Shown in pieces: positions 1 to 7,191 of a stretch of DNA of 35,502 nucleotides (position 1 is the stretch's first letter; every line of letters begins with the position of its first letter). The stretch lies in IMG/VR virus record IMGVR_UViG_3300018475_000067; one strand, given 5' to 3'. Source of the stretch: a virus. Position numbers and translations under genes: made by a program. Below the pieces are notes generated by a model. It saw only the letters and a program-made list of their open reading frames with translations. It ran no database searches and was not told the origin of the DNA.

Positions 1-486
1 ATGGATGTGGATGAGTTCATTCATATCAAAGAACAGAATAAAACTTTGAAAGAGTTTTTGGAAGAAAATGCTGCATATTCCAGTGTGAAATGTTTGTGGA
101 AACACTTTACAGCAAACGGACAGGAGGAAAAAACTTCTCTTCCGGTAAGAGAGCGATTCACTGTGGAAACCGATTGGGGAGAAGAGAAACATGGCGGAAA
201 GTTCTTTGCACAGTCTAACCGGGTAAGTCATTTTGCAAGCTATGTTCCGCAAATACGATTGAATAGCAAGCACCTGGAGCATGACAGTGAAAAAGTAACC
301 GGGTTTTATCAGTTAAATCACTACATAACCAAATCTTATGAAGAGTGGTTGGAGAAAATCGCAAGAGGAAGTGTGAATCCGGGATATATGAGAAAATATC
401 AGGAATTTTTTGAAATCAATCCGGATATGCAGTATTTGAATACCGGAGAAAAAACAGCGCAGGGATATGGTGCAGTCAATAAATAG
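1..486 (+). CDS. Glycosyltransferase (GT92/GT2-like), C-terminal part. Continues in frame from 34666 across the circular junction.
   Basis: Bases 1-123 duplicate 35380-35502 in the same frame as the ORF that starts at 34666. Stop codon at 484-486. Confidence 0.7.
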   Translation: MDVDEFIHIKEQNKTLKEFLEENAAYSSVKCLWKHFTANGQEEKTSLPVRERFTVETDWGEEKHGGKFFAQSNRVSHFASYVPQIRLNSKHLEHDSEKVTGFYQLNHYITKSYEEWLEKIARGSVNPGYMRKYQEFFEINPDMQYLNTGEKTAQGYGAVNK

Positions 487-504
487 AAAGAGAGGAAGAA
501 GAAA

Positions 505-873
505 ATGGAATATCTGGTTTTAAAGGACGAAAACAAAATACAAATCGAAACAGGTTCCGGTTTGTCGGATATGATGGTGGTATCAGCCACAAAGGAAGAG
601 ATGATTGCCACATGGGATTTACTGACCATGGAAAATCTCAAAGCTGTGCAGATTAGAAACAGTGAAGATGTGGTACTTGGAGAATATGCCAACCTTGTTC
701 TTGAAAGCGAAACCTCAGTGGTACAGGCAGATGGAACCATTCTTACACGTTTCAAGTTAAGACAGAAAACAGAAGTGGAGCTGTTAAGGGAAGAAGTAGA
801 AGCACTGAAAGTGGGGCAGGAAATTCAGGATGGAGCGATTGTGGAATTGGCGGAAATTATCGGAGGTGAATAA
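505..873 (+). CDS. Hypothetical protein (occupies the XkdW position of PBSX-like late operons)
   Basis: 122-aa ORF with a GAGGAAG Shine-Dalgarno (SD) sequence and a coiled-coil C-terminus. The assignment rests on position only. Confidence 0.5.
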   Translation: MEYLVLKDENKIQIETGSGLSDMMVVSATKEEMIATWDLLTMENLKAVQIRNSEDVVLGEYANLVLESETSVVQADGTILTRFKLRQKTEVELLREEVEALKVGQEIQDGAIVELAEIIGGE

Positions 874-875
874 TT

Positions 876-977
876 ATGGTGAATTTCTATGTGAAAAGAA
901 TTAAAAAAGGTCTGATGACAATTGAGGATGTGCCGCCACGCTGGAAAACAGCAGTGGAGGAGGTATTAAACAATTAA
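876..977 (+). CDS. XkdX-like small protein (33 aa)
   Basis: Manual ORF MVNFYVKRIKKGLMTIEDVPPRWKTAVEEVLNN. Its size, motif and position before xhlA/holin resemble the XkdX family. Confidence 0.5.
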   Translation: MVNFYVKRIKKGLMTIEDVPPRWKTAVEEVLNN

Positions 978-996
978 ATATTTTCTTTAGAGCCAA

Positions 997-1037
997 AGAG
1001 CCGGGAACTTCTGTAAAAGGAGTCTCCGGTTCTTTTT
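997..1037 (+). terminator. Possible intrinsic terminator
   Basis: AGAGCCGG pairs with CCGGTTCT (8 bp, one G-U) and is followed by TTTTT. The loop is long (~21 nt). Confidence 0.35.
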
Positions 1038-1064
1038 ATATCAGGAAAAGGAGGAAGCAGAAAA

Positions 1065-1382
1065 ATGACAGAGCAGGAAATGGCTGTAAAATTGGCAGAG
1101 TATGGAAAAGAGATTGGTTCTTTAAAACATCGGGTAGATGATTTGGAGGAACAGACACAAGTGATTCAGGAACTGGCTTTGTCTGTGAAGGAGCTTGCCA
1201 TCAATATGCAGAGCATGATCAAGGAGCAGGAGCGTTACCGGAAAACACAGGAAAGAATTTTTTCCAGGATTGAGGTTTTGGAAAATGAGCCGGCGAAACA
1301 CTGGAACACTTTGACTACTGTTATTATTACCGCTTTGGTTAGTGGCTTGATGGGGTATATTGTGACAACTATTTTTAAATAA
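1065..1382 (+). CDS. xhlA: XhlA-like (haemolysin XhlA family) lysis-associated membrane protein
   Basis: N-terminal coiled coil plus a single C-terminal transmembrane (TM) helix (LTTVIITALVSGLMGYIVTTIF). Lies immediately upstream of the holin and lysin. Confidence 0.65.
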   Translation: MTEQEMAVKLAEYGKEIGSLKHRVDDLEEQTQVIQELALSVKELAINMQSMIKEQERYRKTQERIFSRIEVLENEPAKHWNTLTTVIITALVSGLMGYIVTTIFK

Positions 1383-1395
1383 GGAGGAAAGAAAA

Positions 1396-1623
1396 ATGTT
1401 TCAGAACAATGTTTTTAGTGTATCGGTAGATACAAAGAAATGGATTAAGGCAGCCGCGGTAAGAGCGGTGAAAACAGCAGCACAGACCTTTGTAGCAACT
1501 GTGGGAACGGCAGCTACAATGGGAAGTGTGGATTGGAAAATGGTATTTTCTGCATCTGCATTATCAGGTATTTTGTCTGTGGTAACCAGTCTGGGAGGAC
1601 TTCCGGAAGTACAGGAGGAGTAG
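1396..1623 (+). CDS. Holin
   Basis: 75 aa with a VRAVKTAAQTFVATVG motif, two hydrophobic segments and an acidic tail. Lies upstream of the endolysin. Confidence 0.75.
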   Translation: MFQNNVFSVSVDTKKWIKAAAVRAVKTAAQTFVATVGTAATMGSVDWKMVFSASALSGILSVVTSLGGLPEVQEE

Positions 1624-1626
1624 AGA

Positions 1627-1746
1627 ATGTGGGGAATAATTGTATTTTTGGCAGTAATTGGAGCAGGAAGTATATTGGGGATTGGTTGTTATGCAATTGC
1701 CAAAGGATGTGAGGTGCTGAATGAATATATCAGAAAAGGGAATTAA
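1627..1746 (+). CDS. Small hydrophobic peptide (39 aa), possible lysis accessory
   Basis: Manual ORF MWGIIVFLAVIGAGSILGIGCYAIAKGCEVLNEYIRKGN. It overlaps the endolysin start. Confidence 0.35.
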   Translation: MWGIIVFLAVIGAGSILGIGCYAIAKGCEVLNEYIRKGN

Positions 1747-2401
1747 TTTAATCAAGAAATTTGAGGGCTGTCATTTGACAGCCTATCTGTGTCCGGCAGG
1801 AAAGTGGACCATAGGTTACGGACATACAGCCGGAGTAAAAAAGGGAATGCGAATCACCCAGGCACAGGCAGAGGAATATCTTCGTCAGGATTGTAAGTCT
1901 TCTGAGAGAGCGGTCAATGCTTTGGGAAGAAAGTTAAACCAGAACCAGTTTGATGCACTGGTTTCTTTTACCTTTAATTGTGGTGTTGGAAATCTGAAAA
2001 CGCTGTGCAAGAATCGTAGTCTAGAAGTGATTGCTGAGAAGATTCTTCTTTATACCAAAGCCGGAGGAAGAACTTTAAACGGGCTTGTAAAACGAAGAAA
2101 AGATGAACAGGCTTTATTCCTTACCCCGGTGAAAACAGAAGGGCAAATGGTGGCTACGGAAAGCCACAGTGGTATATCAGCAGGTTTGAGCGGTCAGAAC
2201 AAGCCGGTGTTACGAATGGGAAGCCGGGGTGAGGATGTAAAAGAAGTGCAGAAATTTCTTTCATTGAAAGGTATTTATCATGGAGCCATTGATGGTATCT
2301 TTGGAGTCTTGACTAAACAGGCTGTTATTGAATGGCAAGGTTATTGCGAAATCGCAAAAGACGGTGTGGTTGGAAAGAATACCTGGGCAACGATGGGATA
2401 G
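1721..2401 (+). CDS. Endolysin: GH24 phage lysozyme domain plus C-terminal PG_binding_1 domain
   Basis: FEGCHLTAYLCPAGKWTIGYGH carries the E-x8-C-x5-T catalytic signature. The C-terminus GEDVKEVQKFL...DGIFG...T is a typical peptidoglycan-binding repeat. Confidence 0.9.
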   Translation: MNISEKGINLIKKFEGCHLTAYLCPAGKWTIGYGHTAGVKKGMRITQAQAEEYLRQDCKSSERAVNALGRKLNQNQFDALVSFTFNCGVGNLKTLCKNRSLEVIAEKILLYTKAGGRTLNGLVKRRKDEQALFLTPVKTEGQMVATESHSGISAGLSGQNKPVLRMGSRGEDVKEVQKFLSLKGIYHGAIDGIFGVLTKQAVIEWQGYCEIAKDGVVGKNTWATMG

Positions 2402-2427
2402 GGTATGCAGGATTTTATAATTAAAAT

Positions 2428-2460
2428 TCGTGTTGCATTTCGTGTTGTATCGTGTTATAT
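2428..2460 (+). repeat. Three tandem CGTGTT(G/A)(C/T)AT units: candidate integrase arm-type sites (left arm of attP)
   Basis: The units are cgtgttgcattt, cgtgttgtat and cgtgttatat. The 20-mer at 2428-2447 recurs exactly at 2645-2664. Confidence 0.45.
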
Positions 2461-2582
2461 TTGGTGGCAAACTGCTCTTGAAATCAAAAAAATATTATTC
2501 ATATTGATAATCAAGAATGCAGTATTTACAAGGGATTGACAAGAAATGGCTTAAAATCAACATTTACTAAAAATACATTTTG

Positions 2583-2610
2583 ACCGGTTCAATTCCCGTC
2601 TGGTCCATTC
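2583..2610 (+). other. Candidate attP core resembling the 3' end of a tRNA or tmRNA gene
   Basis: ccGGTTCAATTCCcgtctggtcca reads as a T-loop, 3' T-stem, 7-nt acceptor strand and discriminator. Lies next to the 3' end of int. Confidence 0.5.
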
Positions 2611-2611
2611 T

Positions 2612-2639
2612 AAAAAGCCCTAGTTTTAGGGCTTTTTTC
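2612..2639 (-). terminator. Intrinsic terminator downstream of int (the hairpin is symmetric, so usable on both strands)
   Basis: AGCCCTA-gttt-TAGGGCT, flanked by an A-run and a T-run. Confidence 0.75.
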
Positions 2640-2641
2640 TT

Positions 2642-3859
2642 TTATCGTGTTGCATTTCGTGTTGCATTGGTAAAATTTTCGTACTCTTTCCTGCTCTCTT
2701 CACAGTCAGTTTTATCAAATAAAGTGAGCCATGCATTATATTTTTCATCTGTGACTTTGGGGGTGAAAAATTCGTTTTCAAAATAATTATCTATTGTATT
2801 GTCTACCTTTATCCTTTCAGAATCATATACCTGCATATAGGTTCCCTGCATTACTTTTGGAGAACTCCAACCACCACGATCCATAGCGTATTCCGTAGGA
2901 ATGGATAAAAAGGACATGACAGAAGCATTGACATGCCTCAGATCATGAAAGGACATATGTGGTAAATTATTTTTTTCTAACAGATAAACAAAACGATTTG
3001 CTACTGCCTTACCACTTAATTCTACAAGTCTGTCCCCTTCTACTTTGTCAATTAATTCCCTTATGTATGGTGGAATGCGATGCATTCGGTTTCTTTTTTT
3101 ATTCTTTGCTATATTCTTTTCAATTTCTCCATCTTTCGTGTGTACTACAACTTTATCAATGTAAATGTAATCACCTTTGATAGAAGAAGATTTTGTAAGT
3201 CCTTTTATTTCAGACATAGTAAATGAAAGCCACATAGCCAGAAGAACCGGTAACTCTATTTCAGTTCCTTTTACCATATCAAAAATCACTTTAGGAGAAG
3301 ATAATTCATGTACCGGAGCAACGTGTGATGGAAGAGTAACATTTATCAGGAACTGAGGGTTATATTTTTTTATTACGGTAGAAATCAGTCCCCATTCATT
3401 ACGGACAGTCTTGGCAGATATAGGCTTACCTTTACTTCGCTTTGATTTTGATATTCGGCCGCACTCTTCGTTAATGGCTTTCTGTAATATTGTATTGTCT
3501 AGTCTTTTTATATTTAAGCCCATAATAGACTGAAAACCATTGTCCCTTATAGTTTCATACCCTTCAATAGTTTTAGGGGACTCTACGGCTCTGATAGAAG
3601 CTATATAAGTATTAATACCATCCATGATAGTCATTTCATTAGGATTTACTTTATAGGCTTCCTGTACCTGCATTTTTAATGCTTTGGCTTCTTCCATAGT
3701 AGGAGCAGTTACAGATTCATATTTTCTTTTCTTTTTCACTTTTCCATTTTCATCCAGAACCGGCTTTCCATTTTCATCCAGTACATCAACCATACCGACA
3801 TATACTTGCAATCTTTTAGAACCACTTGGAAGAGTGTTCTTTTGCTTTCTTTTTGCCAT
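2642..3859 (-). CDS. int: Tyrosine recombinase (phage integrase)
   Basis: 405 aa. C-terminal FHDLRHVNAS...RGGWSS...GTYMQVY matches the R-H-R-Y catalytic signature. Lies adjacent to attP. Confidence 0.9.
   Translation of the reverse strand: MAKRKQKNTLPSGSKRLQVYVGMVDVLDENGKPVLDENGKVKKKRKYESVTAPTMEEAKALKMQVQEAYKVNPNEMTIMDGINTYIASIRAVESPKTIEGYETIRDNGFQSIMGLNIKRLDNTILQKAINEECGRISKSKRSKGKPISAKTVRNEWGLISTVIKKYNPQFLINVTLPSHVAPVHELSSPKVIFDMVKGTEIELPVLLAMWLSFTMSEIKGLTKSSSIKGDYIYIDKVVVHTKDGEIEKNIAKNKKRNRMHRIPPYIRELIDKVEGDRLVELSGKAVANRFVYLLEKNNLPHMSFHDLRHVNASVMSFLSIPTEYAMDRGGWSSPKVMQGTYMQVYDSERIKVDNTIDNYFENEFFTPKVTDEKYNAWLTLFDKTDCEESRKEYENFTNATRNATR
2645..2669 (+). repeat. Two tandem CGTGTTGCATT units (right-arm copy of the 2428 repeat), inside the last codons of int
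   Basis: The units are cgtgttgcattt and cgtgttgcattg. On the minus strand they encode the Int C-terminus NATRNATR. Confidence 0.45.
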
Positions 3860-3922
3860 AATATCATCCTCTCTTTCTTAAAAATGGGTATAAAAAATGC
3901 ACCCTCGAAAACATGCGTTCCG

Positions 3923-3952
3923 TTGACTTTGGGTGTCCGAAGATGATACAAT
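3923..3952 (+). promoter_or_regulatory. Near-consensus sigma-A promoter (TTGACT, 18 nt, TGaTACAAT)
   Basis: -35 at 3923-3928. Extended -10 TG at 3944-3945. -10 at 3947-3952. Confidence 0.55.
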
Positions 3953-3958
3953 ATATTT

Positions 3959-4027
3959 GGATTTTGGGTGTATATCTTCGGATGTATACTTGCCGCTCTG
4001 GTGCTGGGAACACTGGGGCGGTTTTTT
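3959..4027 (+). ncRNA. Candidate ~70-nt small RNA between int and abi
   Basis: Promoter at 3923-3952. Hairpin 3968-3989 has a UUCG loop. The terminator hairpin 3993-4021 needs G-U pairs, so it forms on the + strand only, and is followed by a T6 tract at 4022-4027. No ORF. Confidence 0.4.
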
Positions 4028-5042
4028 ATGTGAATCTTGCTTTTAACAATTTCTGAATCCGATCTAAGGTATTATTAGGAAGCCCGAACACTTCATAAAC
4101 AGATTTACCATTAAAAAGAATATTGTTTTGTTCGTAAGGTATAAATAGTGTATAGAGCTCTCTGTAAAATCCTGTTAATAAATAGGAATCATTTAATAAG
4201 ATTAAAATTACTAAAATAACAGAGAATAAATCATTTTGTCCCAAGCGAGAGTTATACTCGTATTCTTTTAAATTACCAAGAGAAAGCAATATCGCGGCTT
4301 TCTTGGGAAGGATTGGTAATTGCATAATACTAAAAGTTCTATTGCCATGTGCTATTTTATTTCGATATTCTTTTATTAAACTTAATGCTTTAATAAAAAA
4401 TTCTTTACGTTCATCAATAGTTAATGCTTCAGAAGATAAAAATTGAGAACAAATATCGGATTTATGTATTCCTTTTAGTATGGTATACCATTCGATACTT
4501 AATCCAAAAGGTATATTGGTAGTAATAATCCATGGTGGAATATGATTTTTTGTATTTCGGTAATGAATTAAACTTGGATTATTACGTTGGTTTGTAATGC
4601 ATTCTTTTATTTTACGAAGAATGGTATCGCGTTTACCGGTTGAATTACTATAATAACGATTGTATAAATAATCATCAGGATTATTATTGCTCATATCATT
4701 CCAATCGGTGTATACTCCATAGTTTTCAGAAATCAAATAGGAAATTCGTGATTTTAAGGATTTTTCAATATAAATAATATATTTAAAAAGAATAGTATTT
4801 AAACTGGTGTCGATGGAATGTAATGTGTATAGTTCTTCAAAACGAGTACCTTCTATAAATTTTTCAGAATTAGGAAGTTGTAAAAAAGTATTTTTATATC
4901 CATTTACAATAGAATAATATGAAAAATTTTGAAGCGCCATTTTAGTAAAGGATTCGTCTGCAATTATAATATTCCGGCTTTTCATAATTTCAATCATTTG
5001 TTCATAGGTTTTAAATGGTTTGTCATAAGTGATAATTGTCAT
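4026..5042 (-). CDS. Abi_2 family (AbiD/AbiF-like) abortive-infection protein
   Basis: N-terminal KPFKTYEQMIEIMKSRNIIIADE...LQNFSYYSIVNGY matches the Abi_2 family signature. Its position between int and cI is typical of a moron (accessory gene insert). Confidence 0.75.
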   Translation of the reverse strand: MTIITYDKPFKTYEQMIEIMKSRNIIIADESFTKMALQNFSYYSIVNGYKNTFLQLPNSEKFIEGTRFEELYTLHSIDTSLNTILFKYIIYIEKSLKSRISYLISENYGVYTDWNDMSNNNPDDYLYNRYYSNSTGKRDTILRKIKECITNQRNNPSLIHYRNTKNHIPPWIITTNIPFGLSIEWYTILKGIHKSDICSQFLSSEALTIDERKEFFIKALSLIKEYRNKIAHGNRTFSIMQLPILPKKAAILLSLGNLKEYEYNSRLGQNDLFSVILVILILLNDSYLLTGFYRELYTLFIPYEQNNILFNGKSVYEVFGLPNNTLDRIQKLLKARFT

Positions 5043-5045
5043 GTA

Positions 5046-5080
5046 AAGAAAAAACCCCCTTACCTAGGGTGGTAAGAGGG
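5046..5080 (-). terminator. Intrinsic terminator lying 12 nt upstream of the abi start codon
   Basis: Minus strand reads CCCTCTTACC-acccta-GGTAAGGGGG (10 bp, one mismatch), then TTTTTTCTTT. Confidence 0.65.
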
Positions 5081-5128
5081 TTCTCGCTAGTCATCTTATC
5101 CCGACGACCATTTCTGTTTAATAGAACA

Positions 5129-5157
5129 ATCTTACCATCCAAAAAAATAAATGTCAA
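5129..5157 (-). promoter_or_regulatory. Candidate promoter for abi (TTGACA, 17 nt, TGgTAAGAT)
   Basis: -35 at 5152-5157 overlaps the upstream stop codon. -10 at 5129-5134 with an extended TG. Confidence 0.45.
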
Positions 5158-5567
5158 GCAAGTTTTATTGGATCTCCAACACGAATATATGGGTCTTTAA
5201 TGTTTAGAGGTTCAATATCTTTTTCTTCAAGTTTTAAAGGAACGTATTCCGTTTCAGAAGATTCGCTTAATAAAGGAGAAAGAGTCAATTGCCACTGAGA
5301 AGGTTTTATAATAGTTCTCGTATCTTGCTTTTGACATACAGAATATCTATTTGTTACTTCTATTACTTTTAAAGTATCTTTAACAAATTCATAATTACCT
5401 AGTGAAGCACCTGTATGACTGTAAATTTCCGGACCGAGTTCATAAATCTGAATGTAAGTATCCTTTTTTAATTTGTTATTGCCGGAATCAACCAGAATGG
5501 TTCTGGAATCTACAATGCGGATTACGTTTCCTATATAGTTAGGACCATAATTATTATTTTCTGCCAT
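5154..5567 (-). CDS. Hypothetical protein (137 aa), lysogeny-operon accessory gene
   Basis: ORF has an SD sequence (revcomp of ...ccttt...) and lies between the immA-like gene and abi. No family recognised. Confidence 0.55.
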   Translation of the reverse strand: MAENNNYGPNYIGNVIRIVDSRTILVDSGNNKLKKDTYIQIYELGPEIYSHTGASLGNYEFVKDTLKVIEVTNRYSVCQKQDTRTIIKPSQWQLTLSPLLSESSETEYVPLKLEEKDIEPLNIKDPYIRVGDPIKLA

Positions 5568-5627
5568 ATCACTATCAACCTTTCTAAAATAATTTTATAT
5601 AGTTTTTTAATAGAATTAAAAGAAAGT

Positions 5628-5849
5628 TCAGTTATTATGTGTATTATATTCAATTCTATTAGCATTATCTTTGCCAAAGTCATTTCCAATAATATGTTTC
5701 AGAGCGTGCTGGAAGGCTTTTTGTTGCCTTTCATATGTTAGGGAAGATTCAATAAATATTGTGTAACTTCCATCTTCATTTTCGATGACAGATTCAGTTA
5801 CTTTTTTATTAGGGAAAGTCATTAACTGAATTTGATAATCAATCGTCAA
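5628..5849 (-). CDS. Short ImmA/IrrE-like protein with a degenerate metal motif (HALKH)
   Basis: YTIFIESSLTYERQQKAFQHALKHIIGNDF resembles the ImmA core (...INS.L....Q.FT.AHELGH) but lacks the Glu. It overlaps the cI stop by 11 nt. Confidence 0.45.
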   Translation of the reverse strand: MTIDYQIQLMTFPNKKVTESVIENEDGSYTIFIESSLTYERQQKAFQHALKHIIGNDFGKDNANRIEYNTHNN

Positions 5850-6216
5850 TGTATCCTCGTTCCTTTCTTTTTAAGGCGAGTAGCATACTGTGTACTGTTT
5901 CTAAGTCTTCCGGTTCGGCATCTTGAGCAGCATCAAACAGCATACGCAACTCCTTGTTTTCAAAAATCTTTTGTGCCATGTTGGCAGTCTCGTCATTTAA
6001 ATAGTAAGTTTCACCTCCTTCTTTTTCTTTACCCGTCATGAGGTAATCTACAGACACACCAAAATAATCAGCAATAAGTTGAGCATTTTTTCCGCTAATC
6101 AAATTACGTCTATTTTTCCAATTCGACATGGTAGATTGTCCTATGCCGGTTGCTTTGCATACATCAGCAGTAGTTATACCAAATTTTTGTAGTAATTGTT
6201 CAAAAACCTCGTACAT
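5839..6216 (-). CDS. CI-like XRE-family HTH repressor (125 aa)
   Basis: MYEVFEQLLQKFGITTADVCKATGIGQSTMSNWKNRRN is an HTH_3 motif. AAAAGGAGAC SD sequence at 6221-6230. The 232-aa ORF in the track is an upstream over-extension. Confidence 0.85.
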   Translation of the reverse strand: MYEVFEQLLQKFGITTADVCKATGIGQSTMSNWKNRRNLISGKNAQLIADYFGVSVDYLMTGKEKEGGETYYLNDETANMAQKIFENKELRMLFDAAQDAEPEDLETVHSMLLALKRKERGYIDD

Positions 6217-6246
6217 TTCGGTCTCCTTTTTTGTACAAAAAAGCAA

Positions 6247-6407
6247 ACTTTCAAAATGTGAAGTTAATATATTGACTTCCAAAATGTGAAGTGATAATAT
6301 GTGTTGTGTAAGGAACTTCACAAAATGGCAGTGGCGATAAATTAAAAACACTACTTGGAAATTCACTTTTGTTTTATGGTAAAAACAGTGTATCACATTT
6401 GTGAAGT
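6247..6407. promoter_or_regulatory. Immunity switch with four 18-bp operator-like sites and opposing promoters
   Basis: Sites: O1 6247-6264 ACTTTCAAAATGTGAAGT. O2 6275-6292 ACTTCCAAAATGTGAAGT. O3 6315-6332 ACTTCACAAAATGGCAGT. O4 6390-6407 (rc ACTTCACAAATGTGATAC). Rightward promoter: TTGACT 6272-6277, 17 nt, TGaTAATAT 6292-6300. Leftward promoter: TTGCAT 6410-6415, 17 nt, TGaTACACT (-10 at 6387-6392). Confidence 0.6.
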
Positions 6408-6434
6408 AAATGCAACTACAAGATATAGGAAGGA

Positions 6435-6638
6435 GTGATTTACTTGTACAACAAATATGAAGAACTGTTACAGAACACAGGAAAAACTTCATATCAAGTA
6501 TCAAAAGATACAGGAATTGGACAGAATACCTTGTCAAATTGGAAAACAGGAAGAAGTAAGCCCAAGATAGAAAAACTTCAAAAGTTAGCAGATTACTTCC
6601 AAGTACCAGTTACTTATTTCTTGGATGATAAAGATTAG
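6435..6638 (+). CDS. Cro-like XRE-family HTH protein
   Basis: TSYQVSKDTGIGQNTLSNWKTGRSKP is an HTH motif. Divergent from cI. The start is GTG 6435 or, more likely, TTG 6444 (GGAAGGAG SD ends at 6435). Confidence 0.8.
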   Translation: MIYLYNKYEELLQNTGKTSYQVSKDTGIGQNTLSNWKTGRSKPKIEKLQKLADYFQVPVTYFLDDKD

Positions 6639-6690
6639 GAAGGAAAATTAGATTATCTTTTCAAAACAGAAGAGAAGGAATCAAGTAAAA

Positions 6691-6846
6691 ATGAATGAAA
6701 TTTTGGAGCATTTAAAAAAGGAGGTTAAAGATATTAAACGTCTATTATTACTAACAATGAGTGCAGTCGTTATAGGTTGCCTAATGAACAATATGTGGAT
6801 TTCAGTATTTTTGATTCTCTTTTGGAATTGGGGACTTAGTCGCTGA
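6691..6846 (+). CDS. Small membrane protein (51 aa)
   Basis: Manual ORF MNEILEHLKKEVKDIKRLLLLTMSAVVIGCLMNNMWISVFLILFWNWGLSR. Its N-terminus is paralogous to the 7033 ORF. Confidence 0.45.
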   Translation: MNEILEHLKKEVKDIKRLLLLTMSAVVIGCLMNNMWISVFLILFWNWGLSR

Positions 6847-6854
6847 GTTTATCA

Positions 6855-6983
6855 ATGAGATTATTTACCTGTATCATCACGGCAAGGAAAACAGGAAGAA
6901 GTAAGCCCAAGATAGAAAAACTTCAAAAGTTAGCAGATTACTTCCAAGTACCAGTTACGTATTTCTTGGATGATAAAGATTAG
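6855..6983 (+). pseudogene. Duplicated 3' fragment of the cro-like gene (42-codon ORF lacking the HTH)
   Basis: 6896-6983 is nearly identical to 6541-6638 and keeps the Cro frame (KTGRSKPKIEKLQKLADYFQVPVTYFLDDKD). Confidence 0.55.
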
Positions 6984-7032
6984 GAAGGAAAATTAGATTA
7001 TCTTTTCAAAACAGAGGAGGAATCAAGTAAAA

Positions 7033-7191
7033 ATGGATGAAATTTTGGAGCATTTAAAAAAAGAATTAGATTTTAAAAAGAAATCGCTGGAATGGGCAGT
7101 AGAAGAATTGATGAAACGCGAACAAGAAATAAAAGAACTCGAGAAATATGTTTGCGAAATAGAGCGGATTATTTCTAATCCGCCTGCTTAA
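7033..7191 (+). CDS. Small coiled-coil protein (52 aa)
   Basis: Manual ORF MDEILEHLKKELDFKKKSLEWAVEELMKREQEIKELEKYVCEIERIISNPPA. SD sequence GAGGAGG upstream. Confidence 0.45.
   Translation: MDEILEHLKKELDFKKKSLEWAVEELMKREQEIKELEKYVCEIERIISNPPA

Noticed and set aside
2581-2612. A complete tRNA gene
   Set aside because: Only a T-arm/acceptor-like 3' portion is present. The upstream sequence does not form anticodon or D arms, so it is treated as an attP core fragment.
2580-2786. 68-aa + ORF across attP and the int 3' end
   Set aside because: It begins in the tRNA-like fragment, runs through a terminator hairpin and is antisense to int. It is not credible as a gene.
5081-5122. A specific antiterminator helix in the abi leader (GGGATAAGA pairing with the terminator's 5' arm)
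   Set aside because: Only 5+2 bp with a bulge can be drawn by eye, which is too weak to claim without folding and covariation analysis. It is kept only as a check under the Abi finding.
5839-6537. 232-aa minus-strand ORF spanning the whole immunity region
   Set aside because: Only the last 125 codons look like a gene, with an HTH repressor motif, ATG at 6216 and an AAAAGGAGAC SD sequence. The upstream part runs through the operator and promoter region and the cro start, and is low-complexity.
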